DNA of 63,778 nt from Carcharhinus longimanus (lineage: Eukaryota): assembly GCA_030264375.1 (NCBI GenBank), contig JASCQW010000162.1, positions 56,973,074 through 57,036,851 of the forward strand, in the 5' to 3' direction. The notes beneath the pieces are model-generated. The model had not been told where the DNA came from. It worked only from the letters and a program-made list of their open reading frames with translations, and did no database searches. Of the stretch, positions 24,663 to 38,523 are shown in pieces (the stretch's first letter is position 1; each line of letters starts with the position of its first letter). The position numbers and the translations under genes are program-made.

Positions 24663-24795
24663 ATTGTATTTTCCTATTGCTTTCCTAAAGCTTTCACAGA
24701 ATGAAAGAAAGTTTTCGGCCTGCAGTTTCTCAGGTTTAAGTCTCGCTCTTCTATGATTTCGATATGAACTATTCACTTCTGCCACTTCTAATTAT

Positions 24796-26060
24796 TCATC
24801 GTATCTAGGTTACCACCAGTATTCTCTCAGACTATTAAGATAAGTAATGAAATATCCAAGATATGAAAATCATTCATTATTCGCCATTTTTCCCCCAAAT
24901 TAAAACTCTCATTAAAAAAACTAATTTTGTTCAGTACAATGAGACAGACCTAACAGCCTATTACTAGCATAAGGTATTAGGAGATGAAAATGTTTATGTG
25001 CCTGTTGGATCATAAACTTGAATCTGACCCTGGAATATGGCGAAAAACATGCACCAGTCAGTCATTCAATGATGTTGCTATAAAAGCCAGTAAATTCCAG
25101 CCTTTGAATTCCTGGTTCGGGATAATTGTTTTGCATATATTTCAGCCACATGATAAAGCTATATAAATTGTACCCTCAACAACAAACAACACTAGGATGG
25201 CAATGAAGACATTGCCTAGAATCTCTTTTTAAAGAACAGAAAATTCTGAAAAATTCAGGCAGCATCGGTGGAGAGAAAAACAAACACAAAAGGTCGGTGA
25301 TCTTTGATCAGATTCTGATGCGCTGACACTTGTCTCACCAACTGATTGGGAAACCCACCACCTCCTCCCATTAGTCCCATTGTTGTTGTTACTGGCTTAA
25401 CGGGCTGAATGGCCTCCTTCTCTACTACAGGGATTCTATGATTCTATGAATCTGTGTAACTCTTCCTCAGAGTCCTCACTCATCTTCGGCGTGGGGTCCC
25501 ACAATGATCCTGTGTTTAAACTGGGTGCAGTGTAGCCAATAGCCACTGAACCTGCTGGCACTGGCGCTAATGAAGAGCTGCAAACATTTTCATTTCCTAA
25601 TACCTTTTGCTAGTAATAGGCTGTTAGGTCTGGCACTGAACAGAATTAGTTTTTTTTATGAGAATTTTAATTTGAGGAAAAATGGCGTATAACAAATGAT
25701 TTTCATATCTTGGATATTTCATTACTTATCTTAATAGTTTGAGAGAATAATGGTGGTAACCCAGATATGATGACATCAAATGTCCTTCAGGCACTTAACT
25801 GGCTCCCAATGGGCCTTCCGTGATGGAGGACCCCAGCGCAGGAAGACCCACCTGAGAGCTGCTGACCAATCAGTGGCTGGCAACTCATCATTAGCACCAG
25901 TGTCAGCGGGTTCAGTGGTTGCTGGCTACACTGCACCCAATTTAAAAACAGGGTCATCATGGGACTCCACGCTGAAACTGAGTGAGAGCTCTGAGGAAGA
26001 ATCATATAGACTCAAAGGATCACAGAAGAATCATAGGCTCCCTATAGTACAGAAAGAAGC
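24796..26060. repeat. Interleaved inverted duplications
   Basis: 24796-24995 is the reverse complement of 25582-25773; 25461-25581 is the reverse complement of 25880-26000. Confidence 0.85.
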
Positions 26061-26684
26061 CAACAAATCCCACCCGGGCCCTATCCCTACAGTAGAGTAA
26101 ATGCATGGGGTTGGGGGTACCGTGCCCAACTACAGGCATCATATTTCAAAAAGAATACCAAAGCCTAGGCAAGAGGATAGAGAAGATTTAGAGAAGAACT
26201 ATGCTCAGAATGAAAGACTTTTATGTGGAGAAACTAAAGGACTGGATTGTTCTCCTTAGAACAGAGAAGGTTAATGGGAAAGTTAGATGTGTTTATAATC
26301 ATAGAGTGTTTTGTTATTGAGAAAACACTGGCCAGAATTTTACAGTCCAGTTGCGCAACCAACCCAGAAGCATGTAAAATCACCCAAGAAGATATCAGGT
26401 GTATGCTCCGACATCTTGCACCTTTGCATGCTATTTCGGTCGGCGGGCGCGGATGAGTCTGAGGTGCACCTGACAATCAAGAAGGTAATTTAAATTTAAC
26501 AGCAACTGACTGGAATGTCATATGGCCCATCTGTTTTTACAGTTTGTGGCAGGCCAATTGGCAAAGGGGCCTTTATATTTTAGCTGCACCCTTGATCCAG
26601 GGTGGGATGAAATTCAGACCTCAAATAAAATCGACAAATGTATTTTGAAACTGAGAACCATGTCAAATTCTGCTACCTAGACAC

Positions 26685-27014
26685 TTATAGGATCCCTACA
26701 GTGCAGGAGGCGGCCGTTTGGCCCATCAAGCCTTCCTTGATTCTCTGATAACAATCCCACCTGGGCCTATCATCGTAACTCCACACATTTACCCTGCTCA
26801 TCCCCCAAACCTATCCATCTTGGGACACGAAGTGGCAATTTAGTATGACCAATCAACCTAACCTGCACATCTTTGGATTGTCAGAGAAAATCAGAACATG
26901 AGAGGAAGCACACGCAGGCATGGGGAGAATGTGCAAACTCCACACAGACAGTGACCCAAGCCAGGAATCAAACCCGGGTCCCTGGAGCTGAGAGGCAGCA
27001 TTGCTGACCACTGG
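26685..27014 (-). mobile_element. HE1-type V-SINE
   Basis: Reverse complement of the 8162-8520 family. Confidence 0.85.
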
Positions 27015-27047
27015 TACAGTTTATATTATACATATATCATGTAGATA

Positions 27048-29435
27048 AAGATCAAAGAACGAAGAAAATTACAGGCCCTTCGACCCCACCAACTATGCTG
27101 CCTGTCTGATCTAAAACCTCCCACCCTTCTGGGGACCATAGCCCTCTCTTTTCATCCTAACCATGTATCTGTTCAGATGCCCCTTAAAAGTCACTATTGT
27201 ACCTGCTTCCATTACCACCGCCAGCAGTGAGTTCCAGGCAGCCGCCACCCTCTGTGCAAAACACTTGCCTTGTACATCTCCTTTAAAATTTGCCCCTCAC
27301 ACCTTAAACATATGCCCTCTCATAATTGGCTCTTCCAGCCTGGGAAAAAGCTTCTGACCATCTAGTCTGTCCATGCCACTCATAATCTTATAGATTTCTA
27401 TCAGGTCGCCCCTCAACCTTTGTCATTCCAGAGACAAGAAACCAGGTTTCTCCAACCTCTCCTCATAGCTAATGCCCTCCATACTAGGAACATCCTAGTA
27501 AATCTTTCCTGTACCCTCTCCAAAGCCTCCTTCTGGTAGTGTGGCAACCAGAATTGAACACTATATTCCAAGTGCAGCCTAACTAAGGCTCTACAAAGCT
27601 ACAACATGACTTGCCAATTTTTAAACTCAATGCCCTGGCCGATGAAAGCAAGCATGCCATATGCCTCCTTGACTACCTTCTCCACCTGCATTGCCAATTA
27701 CAGTGACCTGTGTATTTGTACACCCAGATCCCCCTGCCTATCAATACTCTTAAGGGTTCTACCATTTATTGTATATTTCCCATCTGTACTAGACCTTCCA
27801 TAGTGCATTACCTCACATTTTTCTTGACTAAACTCCATCTGCCACTCTCCGCCCAAGTCTCCAATCAATCAATGTGTCCTGCTGTATCCTCTGATGGTTC
27901 TCATCCTTATCCGTATTTCCATCAATCTTTGTCTCGTCTGCAAACTTACTAATCAAACCAGTTATATTTTCCTCCAAATCATTTATATATATATTACAAA
28001 CAACAAAGGTCTCAGCACTGATCCCTGAAGAATGCCATTAGTCACAGCCCTCCATTCAGAAACTTACCCTTCCACTGCTATCCAATGTCTTCTATGATCG
28101 ATGATGTGGAGGTGCCGGCGTTGGACACCGGTAAACACAAGTCTCACAACACCAGGTTAAAGTCCAACAGGTTTATTTGGTAGCACAAGCTACAAGTTTT
28201 CGGAGCGCTATCCCTTCATCAGGTGAGTGGGATTTCAATTCGCAAACAGGGCAGATAAAGACACAAGCTCAATTTACAAAATAATGGTTGGAATGCGAGT
28301 CTTTACAGGTAATGAACTGTAATAGATCTCGGTCTATGATCAAGCCAGTTCTGTATCCATCTTGCCAGCTCATCTCTAATCCTGTGCAGCTTCACCTTCT
28401 GTACCAGTCTGCAATGAGGAACCTTGTCAAAGGCCTTACTGAAGTCCGTGTAGACAACATTCATTGTCCCACCCTCATCAATCATCTTTTCACTTCCTCA
28501 AAAAACTCAATCAAGTTAGTGAGTCACGACCTCCCCTTTGCAAAACCATGTTGTTTGTCACTAATACATCCACTTATTTCCAAGTGCCAGTAAATCCTGT
28601 CTTGAAGAATCCTCTCCAAAATTTTCCTACCACTGATGTAAGGCTCACTGGCCTGTAATTGCCAGGATTATTCTTGCTATCCTTATTTAACAAAGGAACA
28701 ACATTGGCTATTCTCCAATCTTCTTGGACCTCCCCTGTAGCCAGTGAAGATACAAAGATTTTTCTCAAGGCCCCAGCAATTTCCTCCTTTTGTCTCTGTC
28801 AGTATTCTTGGGTATATCCCATCAGGCCCTGGGGATTTGTCCACCCTAACGTTTTTCAAGACCCCCAATACCACCTCCTTTTTGATCTCAACATGACCCA
28901 ACTATTTACACACCCTTCGCCAGACTCATCATCCACCAAGTCTTTCTCTTTGGTGAATACTGACGCAAAGTATTCGTTTAATACCTCGCCCATTTCCTTT
29001 TCCTCCATACATGGATTCCCTCCCCTGTTCTTGAGTCGGCAAACCCTCTCCCTGGCTACCCTCTTGTTTTTTTATATATGTATTAAATGCCTTGGGATTT
29101 TCCTTAATCTGCTGGCCAATGACTTTTTGTGACCCCTTTTAACCCTCCTGACTACTTCCTTAAGGTTCTTTCTACTTTCTTTGTTTTCCAAACTTGCTTC
29201 ATGTGTTCCCATCCTCCCAGCCTTAACAAATGCTTTCTTTTTCATTTTGACTAGGCTCACAATATCTCTTGTTATCCAAGGTTCCCAAAACTTGCCATAC
29301 TTATCCTTCATCTTAATAAGAACATGCCAGTCCTGAATTCCTATCAACTTACGCTTGAATGTTTCCCACATACCAGATACTGATTTGCCTTCAAACATCT
29401 GCCCCCAATCTACATTCTTCAGTTCCTGCCTAAAA
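27048..29435 (-). mobile_element. CR1 (HER1-like) LINE, 5'-truncated ORF2 plus 3' UTR
   Basis: KSPGPDGIYPRIL, EDWRIANVVPL, NPGNYRPVSLTSVVGK, DFSKAFDKVPH. Confidence 0.92.
28101..28330 (-). mobile_element. Penelope-like terminus inserted in CR1
   Basis: Terminal string shared with 36961; CUGAUGA...GAAA core on -; tctatgatc repeated on both sides. Confidence 0.8.
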
Positions 29436-31356
29436 TCGATGTTATTTTCTTTTTACGGATCCTCAGCAGCTATCTCTGTAAAGGAGCGCACTGGAACTGC
29501 CAGCCGACAAATTCCCTTTTCTCAGCGCCCATCCTGGCTGTGCTCAGCCTTTCCTGCTGGATGACTGCTAATTAGCTATCCAGTGTAATATTCCGTTAAC
29601 AACATGACCTTGGCTGGGAGCAGGTTTCACATCTAGCAAATGTACTAGCGGGATGATAGGAAGAATGCTTTGTTAAACAGCAAGTTTTTAAGATTGGGGA
29701 TGCACTGCTGGAGGGGATGGTGGAAGCCGATTCAATCGTAACTTTCAAAGGGGAGTTGAATATGTAGTTGAATAATAAATTCAGGATTATGGACAAAGAG
29801 CAAGTGAAAAGCTCTTTCAAGAATTGGCATAGACACGATGAGATGAATAGTGCAGGAATACAATGTAAACTACAACAACATTAGTGTTATTCAATATTTT
29901 ACATCAGGTATAAAATGAACTGGACCAGGTGGTTTGTAGTCCAACATGAAGTCACATTGTCACATTTTGAAGTCTCAGAGAGCCTAAGTTTTCCGTTGAG
30001 TCCATCTTTTGTTTCTAATGTTTAGAAAGGAACAATTGTCTTGACTACCTCTTTGAATACAGGTGAATCCTTCATTTGTCTAACACGCTGCTCTCAAAAT
30101 GTGACCAATGTTAAACTGCAATAGACCAATGGGAACTTGATGCAGCTTTAACAATAAAAGCTTTATTTCCAACAGATATATACAAGGTCAGACTAGATTA
30201 CAAATGTGACTGCTCTGTTGAACTCCATGGCTCCAACTGCGAGTCCATCCTCAGCCCGTGGTATGTGCCATCCTGACAATTTCCCATTTGGACAATCCAT
30301 GGAGGTCTTTGCCTTTCACGTGGCCCTCAGGAAATCCTCCACCCCCCCCCCACTGAAAGGGCTACACTAATCAACGGATGCAGCAGAAATGCACCAACAG
30401 GTTGATCAAAAATAGGAAAACTTGCCTGGCATCAACAAGCTTTCACTTTAATCCAAATTCAGTGTTGGATTGCTTTTTGGAAATGGTCCTGGGAGCAGAC
30501 TTCATTCAAGTGTAAATGTGCCTATTTTAGTTGGATCAATCCTTTCAGAAGGATCCTGATTTAATGGACAAGTTATTTTCAAGACAAGAAACACCCATAT
30601 GCTTCCTTTAATCCAATTCAGATGGCTTCATGTTCCCACTTGCTTTCCTACTCCATGCCCATATCCTGCTGTCATCAGAAGGTGAAACAGGCCATCAGTC
30701 TGATAAAACTCAGACCATGTGTTCCTGTTCTCTAATTGCATTTGGTGGTTCCCGTACTGCCCTGCAATCAAAGGCACTTTATAATGATTGGACCTAAATC
30801 CAGACACGCATGTAAAATGTCACTCCTAATAAAAAGATTTTGAAATACGTAAAATATCATTTTAACAGTCAGGCAAACCAAAAGAGGTTTGTGTTTCCAA
30901 GAACTTAAATTGCCAAGTATGGTGTCCACTCAAGAGTCCAATTTCAAGTTCTTGCAAGCATTTTGTTAAATGCCCCTGTGATATTTATTCAGAAAAGTTT
31001 ATAAACAGGCATAAATAAAGTGTATGGCACTCAACAGTTTTTGCAGCAGCAAATGTGTCACCTCAGAAACTCCTCATCCAAAATCCAGCTCCAAAATCCA
31101 GTTATAAACTGTGCATTAGTCAGGGCTTCCCTATGTGAGCACTGAATGTTAGATTCTGACTGATGCATAGGGAGATTGCCGTACACAGCCACCACACCTC
31201 AAAGTCACTTCTTTGGAGAATGGAAGTCAATCATCCAGAACACTTCATTCTCGGCAGTTTTATCAAACACTGTTTGATTACAAGAGACGAGATGAACAGT
31301 TTTAACAGCTTGGGAAATGTGAGACTTCCACGAGAAGTGAAGTGGTAGAATGAAAT

Positions 31357-32649
31357 AGGGGTGGCACAGTACCACAGTGGTTAGCACTGGTGCCTCACAC
31401 CACCAGGAATCTGGGTTCGATTCTGGCCTTGGGTGACTGTCTGTGTGGAGTTTGCACTTTCTCCCCGTGTCTGTGTCGGTTTCCTTCAGGTGCTCCGATT
31501 TCCTCCCACACTCCAAAGATGAGTAGGTTAGGTGGATTGGCGATGGTAAATGCAGAGGATAATGGGGATAGGGTGGGGGTTGGGCCTGGGTAAGATGCTC
31601 TTTCAGAGAGTCAGTGGAGACTTGATGCGCTGAACGATCGCTTTTCGCACTATAGGGGTTCAATTGGCCCAATTTTACCATTTTCATTCTAATGCTGAAT
31701 CTGGGCATAATTCAGATCTGACTTGGAAATCTGTTCTCAGGCACCCCCATACGCACTTAGCCTGGGAAAAAAAATTCTAAGTCTGAATCGCGACGTGGAT
31801 GGGGCTTATCACGCCTGAAACATTGCTGGTCTGATCAGAACTTTGAACTATGCATGTGCAGTGAGAAAAATATTTGAAGAATGTGCCCCTGTCACGTTGC
31901 TCCCAGGCTGCAAAAAGTAGATAAAATGGCTCGGGAGCGATGGCTCCCACAGACATCACCCTACCCCCACAATATATCTGTTCATCTTATCCACCTACCC
32001 CTCCTACCCAGATCAATCGCGACTCTCTGCCCTCCTCCCCTGCCTCCCCNNNNNNNNNNNNNNNNNNNNNNNNNNNNNNNNNNNNNNNNNNNNNNNNNNN
32101 NNNNNNNNNNNNNNNNNNNNNNNNNNNNNNNNNNNNNNNNNNNNNNNNNNNNNNNNNNNNNNNNNNNNNNNNNNNNNNNNNNNNNNNNNNNNNNNNNNNN
32201 NNNNNNNNNNNNNNNNNNNNNNNNNNNNNNNNNNNNNNNNNNNNNNNNNNNNNNNNNNNNNNNNNNNNNNNNNNNNNNNNNNNNNNNNNNNNNNNNNNNN
32301 NNNNNNNNNNNNNNNNNNNNNNNNNNNNNNNNNNNNNNNNNNNNNNNNNNNNNNNNNNNNNNNNNNNNNNNNNNNNNNNNNNNNNNNNNNNNNNNNNNNN
32401 NNNNNNNNNNNNNNNNNNNNNNNNNNNNNNNNNNNNNNNNNNNNNNNNNNNNNNNNNNNNNNNNNNNNNNNNNNNNNNNNNNNNGCCCATTAATTCAATT
32501 TAAATGCGTTTTGGGTGCAATTTGGATTACGGCCATTTTCAGGCCTTGGTAAAGTGGGCATTTGCGCGGACACAGGCGTGGACTTCACGCCCAACTTTAC
32601 CGAGTTTTTGTGCCCATGCAGTGGTAAAATTGGGTCCAATGATTCTATG
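31357..32649 (+). mobile_element. HE1-type V-SINE interrupted in its tail by a DNA transposon
   Basis: SINE body 31357-31664; tail gattctatg resumes at 32641. Confidence 0.85.
31665..32637. mobile_element. Non-autonomous Harbinger-type element (contains a gap)
   Basis: TIRs ggcccaattttacca / tggtaaaattgggtcc; TSD AAT at 31662-31664 and 32638-32640. Confidence 0.8.
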
Positions 32650-33989
32650 TAAAGAATATAAGTTATATATATTATAGCATCATAGTTACAAGAATAAATT
32701 CAACCTTGGCAATTTGTGAAATTGAATTCAATAAATTCAAAGATCATTGTCTTAAATACAAACTGATTGCTAATACCCTTACCTAGTCAAATTTATGCAT
32801 AATTAATCCACACTTTTGATAGGAGGAGGCATGTAACACTAATGCATGCTTCTGGCTGACAGGAGTGTATACTATTTACAATCAGCTATGATCACTATTA
32901 AGTAAATTCAACAATTAACAATTGGAATGATATCCAGCTTTGTTTTCTTTCAAACAAGAACACAAGAAACATCAAATTTGTTAATGGTAGCTCTATCATC
33001 ACATTTTTGGCTCAGAAGTCATCAGCTTCTTATTCAAGAAGAAATCTTATTCAATAAGAAATCTTATTCAATGGGATGGTATTTGTAGAGAAACATTTAT
33101 TGATATGCTAACGATTTACAGAGGCTCAATAGGAATAATATATAGCTAGAACAGCTCTCAGATCCTACTTTGATACCCTCACTGACTGATATCATGGTGA
33201 CATAGTTTCTTTTACACATATTCAGTACAGCTTCTTTTGCATATTATCAGTATGCTTGTATTAGAATTAATCCTTCCTCTGCAATACCACCCTAACATAA
33301 CTGAGATGGTCATGAGGTCAAACTCTTTTTGAGAGTTATGACTCTGCAAATTAACTTTTGAGCACAGACACACGACAGACTTTTTCAAATGTTGAAAGAC
33401 AGAATGTGCGATGGGCTGAGAACCTATTTGAATTTGCAGTACACTTTGCCACGGCGCTTTCATTGAGTCATTGCATTAATATCCCTCTTCTAATGTTCCC
33501 GACCAAACAAACAGTGTGTCAAATCAGCTCTCACATATTTAAGGGACCTGGCAATCTTCAGAAAGGTTGAACTGAATATGGATTCCTAAGGCTGTAACAC
33601 CCACAAGAATGGAGAGGAGATCAGCACGGGCAGCATGGTCGGTGCAGGCTTGGAGGGCCAAAGGGTCTGTTCCTGTGCTGTAATTTTCTTTGTTCTTTGT
33701 TTATCAGGGAAGTGTGCCCATTAGACTTCACTCTTACCTAGTGAGGGGTTTCAGTAGCTGCAGTGAGATGACCTTTCCTCGATCTACATGCCTTGCAACA
33801 CCACTCATTCCAGTCTCTCCAGCAATCTCCTCACATCCTCATATGGACAGCCAATACTCACACTAACTCTCATTCTATATGTCTCACACATCTGTACTTA
33901 GTCACCCTCTACAACTGTTGTCCCTCCCACAGATTTACCCAAGTGATTTCTAAGAGTAATAATTCTAATTTCTCCCCTTATGGGGAAAA

Positions 33990-35030
33990 GAATTGGTTAA
34001 CTAACAGAGAGCGAAGAGTGGGGGTAAATGGGTGTTTTTCTGGTAGGTGATCAGTGACTAGTGATGTGCCTCAGGGATCAGTGTTGGGACTGCAATTGTT
34101 TACAATTTACATAGATGATTTGGAGTTGGGGACTAAGTGTGGTGTGTCAAAGTTTGCAGATGACTCTAAGATGAATGATAGAGCAAAGTATGCAGAAGAC
34201 ACTGAAAGTCTGCAAAGGGATATGGACAGCTTAAATGAGTGGGCAAGGGTCTGGCAGGTGAAGTACAATGTTGGTAAATGTGAAGTCATCCATTTTGGTA
34301 GGAACAACAGCAAAATGGATTATTATTTAAATGGTAAAAAATTGCAGTACACTGCTGTGCAGAGGGACCTGGGTGTCCTAAATTACAAAAGTTGGTTTGC
34401 AGGTGCAGCAGGTAATGAAGAAGGCAAATGGAATTTTGTCCTTCATTGCTCGAGGGATGGAGTTTAAAAATAGGGATGTTGTAGCTGTATAAGGAGCTGT
34501 GAGGCCACACCTGGAGTACGGTGTACAGTTTTGGTCACCTTACTTGAGAAAGGATATACTGGTACTGGAGGGGGTGCAGTGGAGATTCACTAGGTTGATT
34601 CCAGTGTTGAGAGCGTTGGCTTATGAGAGACTGAATAGGCTGGGATTATACGCATTGGAATTTAGAAGAATGAGAAGGGATGTTATAGAAACATAAAATT
34701 ATGAAGGGAATAGATAAGATAGAAATAGGGAGGTTGTTTCCACTGGTGGGTTAAACTAGAACCAGGGGGCATAGTCTCAAAATAAGGGAGAGCAAATTTA
34801 GGACTGAGTTGGGGAATAACTTCTTCACCCAAACAGTTGTGAATCTGTGGAATTCCCTGCCCAGTGAAGCAGTTGAGTTACCTCATTGAATGCCTTTAAG
34901 GCAAAGATAAATTGATTTTTGAACAGTAAAGTAAGTGGAGCTGAATCCATGAAAATATCAGACACAATCTTATTCAATGGTGGAGCAGGCTTGAGGGGCC
35001 AGATGGCCTACTCCTGCTCTTAGTTCTTAT
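33990..35030 (+). mobile_element. CR1 LINE RT to 3' end
   Basis: VPQGSVLGLQLFTIYIDDL, KFADD, RPHLEYGVQFWSP. Confidence 0.92.
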
Positions 35031-35279
35031 ATTAACCTTGGAGCCACAGAGATGAGGGCATGGGGAGGTTGGCAGGTGGCCCTCCGGTGAGAAACACCCT
35101 TCAGCCACTGACAATGATGCCCAGCTGCTGCACTGAGAAATAGGCTACAGATGTCTGCAGGAACCTGCCCAGAAAACCAAAGGCTCCCAAGGCACTGGTG
35201 CTCAGACATGTTAAGAGACTTGGTTCTCTGCCTGCAGGCCCAGTGTGGGGGTCTTTCACAGTAAAGTGAGCAAGCTGGC

Positions 35280-36295
35280 ATCTAGCTAACAATATGAAAA
35301 ATTGCCCAGGTATGTCTTACCCATGAAAAGCAGGATAAATCTGGTCAGTTACCCCAGCAGTTAACTGTCAATCATTAGCAAAGTAATAGAAGGTGTGATC
35401 AATCAAGCTATCAACTGGCACTTATGCAGCAATAATCTGATCATCAATGCACAGTTTATGCCAGGATCACTCAGCTTCTGGCCCCTTTATAGCTGAGATC
35501 CAAACATGAACAAAGGAGCTGAACTCAGGACATAATGTGAGATTGACTGTCCTTGACATCAAGACAGTATTTGACCTTATATGGCACCAAGGATCCCTTA
35601 GAAATTTGAAGTAAACTAAATAAGGGGGAACCCTCTCCGCTAGCTGGAGTCATACCAAGCGCAAGGGAAAATGGTCATCACTGAGCCTCATTTGAGCCTC
35701 AGGACATCACTGCAGAAGTTCCTCAGGGTAGTATCCTGGGCACAACGAATTTCCGCTGCTCCATCAATGTCCTTCCTACTGTAAGTTGGACAATGATTTC
35801 AATGTTGGGTGGCATTTGCAACTTCTCAGATACTGAAGCTGTCCTTGTTCACATGTGACAAGGCTGGTCAACATCTGGTTCAGGTTTTTAAGTGACAAAT
35901 AACATTTGCACCAGACAACAACTATCTCTGCTTGACATTCNNNNNNNNNNATTGACATTCAATGACATTACCATTGCTGAATTGCCCATCATCACTATTC
36001 TTGGGTGGTTTTGGGTGGGGGAGGGGGAGCAGGGTGCTTACCATTAATCAGAAACTTAACTAGTTGTATAAATACTGTGAACAGGTCAGAGGCTGGGAAT
36101 TCTGCAACAAATATTTCACCAGCTGAGTCCCATAGACTGACCTTTATTAACAAGATAGAAGTCAGAGCATGATGGATGAGTGCAGCTCCAACGACAATTA
36201 AGAAGCTTGACATGATCCAGGACCAAACAACTGCTTGATTTGTACCCCGTCTACCACTTCAAACATTTACTCTTTCCACTACCAACACACAGTGC
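35280..36295 (+). mobile_element. Second non-LTR family (CR1/L2 group) RT fragment
   Basis: KIAQVC, SIISKVIEGVI, LDIKTVFDLIWHQG, VPQGSILG. Confidence 0.75.
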
Positions 36296-36545
36296 CCATT
36301 ATGCATACAATGATTGTACCTTTAGCCAATTTGAGAATCAAGGCAAAAAACAGTCAGGGATGGTGATTGTAGGTATTGGATTCTGAAAATTGATGGGGAA
36401 TGGTTAATCAATGTTATGATGTGATTTTAAGTATCATTACGGGATGAATTGCCCATGGTGAAAGAATCCTGTTTTTGAAGTAACCAATGAAATGGATCCT
36501 TCTGAAGTTAAAAATGATCTTGGTGACTGATAAGAAGGAATTGCA

Positions 36546-36956
36546 TTGGTCACAGAGAGTTTGAATCCAGTGAAGAGTATTTTGATGGTTGATTCATTCA
36601 ACTGTGCAGTTCTAGACAGTATTTGCACTTCCACGGTGTGTAGGATAGATTGGCTCAACAGCTACCTGGAGTCTCTTGATGAGGCAGACTGGCAGGAGGT
36701 CAAGGAATACGAAACTTCTATCTGCTTCAGGTTTGGAGATGATGACATGCTAACATCTTCCAAAAAAGTTATCCCTTTCAGGATAGCAGGCGTCAGTCTG
36801 TTCATCAGTACTGATGCTGTCTTTGGCAAGGTATCTCTATGTGTTAAGTTGATCTGCAATGAAAAAGGCTCAGACATGAAGAATGATCAAGCAATTGTGT
36901 TCAGGAACAATGTGGATCTATATTTTGCTTATTCAGGCCATTACTGCCTGCACTAA
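36546..36956 (+). pseudogene. Copia aspartic protease
   Basis: AVLDSICTSTVC...FRFGD...SGHYCL. Confidence 0.8.
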
Positions 36957-36960
36957 GGAA

Positions 36961-37510
36961 TGATATGGAGATGCCGGCGTTAGACTGGGGCAAACACAGT
37001 AAGAAGTCTCACAACATCAGGTTAAAGTCCAACAGGGTTTATCTGGTAGCAAAAGCCACTAGCTTTCAGAGCGCTGATCCTTCTTCAGGTAAGTGGGAGT
37101 TCTGTTCACAAACAGGACATATAAAGACACAAACTCAAATTACAAAATAATGGTTGGAATGTGAGAGACCTTTCAGATGCTATGACAACGGATGAATGAA
37201 CACCGCTCGACAATCACCAGGCAACTACTTCCTTCCTGTTGGGGAACATTTCAGCGGTCAAAGGTATTCGTTCTCTGATCTTCAGGTAAGCATTCTCCAA
37301 GGAGGCCTTTACAACACACGACAACCAGAGTCGCTGAGCAGAGACTGACAGCCATGTTCCACACATGAGGACAGTCTCAACTGAGATTTTGGGTTCATGT
37401 CACATTATCTGTAACCGCTATGACTTGCCTTGGCTTGCAAAATCTCACTGATTGTCCTGTTTGGAGACAATACACATCTAAAGCTAGTGGCTTTTGCTAC
37501 CAAATAAACT
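36961..37510. mobile_element. Penelope-like element: inverted terminus (-) plus GIY-YIG C-terminus (+)
   Basis: QRMNEHRSTI..LPVGEHFSG..DLQVSILQGGL..FGFMSHYL at 37185-37415; taaggaa duplicated at 36954-36960 and 37546-37552. Confidence 0.85.
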
Positions 37511-37552
37511 TTTTAACAAGAAATACCTGGCTTCTTACTGAGGATTAAGGAA

Positions 37553-38507
37553 GTCAGGTATTTCTTGTTAAAAAGTTCATGAAGTTTTGTTAACTAACGA
37601 GAACAAGAATTTGGTGGATAGACAGACGATTATTTAGAAGTTGCATAGATAGTTTACATATCTGGCACCACAAAAACCAAAAGGTCTACTGCAAGATTCT
37701 GGAATGATTGAGAAAGGATATGATGACCTTATTGAGCGGCTCAGTATGAAATTTGCATTAAGTATCAACAGACACAATCATGTGCTCTTGTGAACTTGCC
37801 ACTAGCCAAAGTGTTTAGCAATGAAGTAGCAATGGACATAAAAGTATGGGACAAGGGCCAGGGCTTTTGTTATTTCACTTTATCAATAGGGCAATCAGAT
37901 TTAGCATATCCATTGTAACAATGGTAAAGATAAATGGACTATTATCGATAAGGCTATGGATAAATGGATTGGAACTGGATAAGGAACACGAGCGAAACTC
38001 CTGATGGGGAATTTGCAAAAGAGGAATTCTGAGACATGAAAGCATATAAACATTGTAGTTATGCACACTGCTGAGTTCCCGTTCAGTAATGGTCTGTGCA
38101 AGAGGAATTATGCCGGGATAACAACATGTTGCATAAAATATTGATCGATCAACCAGATTGTAAATTGCAAGCAGCATTGGCAAGGGCAGTGCACGCAAAG
38201 AACTCTTTGCAAATGGTAGGGCATGAATAAATCCAAACTTGCCTTTGGTACTGTCAGCTGCTCCCCCAGATCGAGAGTAAACAAACATTACCTCTACTTT
38301 TTCTGCTCACTAAAGTACTTTGCATACAAATGGGAAAGCTTTCATTTAAACCTGAGAATTCAGAGAAAATTCAATGAGCTATCATGAATAAGGCTTTTGG
38401 GAATACAAGTTAGGTAAGGAGAGATGATTTATTGCAAAAGATGTGGGTGGAAAAAGTGGAAGGGCCCTGGCAAAGTCATAGGCAGTGATACAAAAACTAG
38501 TGATTGT
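37553..38507 (+). pseudogene. Copia integrase
   Basis: KLHR, LPLAKVFSNEVAMDIKVW, GEFAKEEF, PFSNGLCKRNYA, GPGKVIG in shifting frames. Confidence 0.8.
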
Positions 38508-38523
38508 ACAATCACTAGTTTTT

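Noticed and set aside
30105-30370. Possible minus-strand solo LTR
   Set aside because: PolyA-like motif only; no clear TG...CA ends or TSD.
33027-33072. Three short tandem copies of tcttattcaa (CRISPR-like spacing considered)
   Set aside because: Simple slippage repeat with no unique spacers, in a eukaryotic context.
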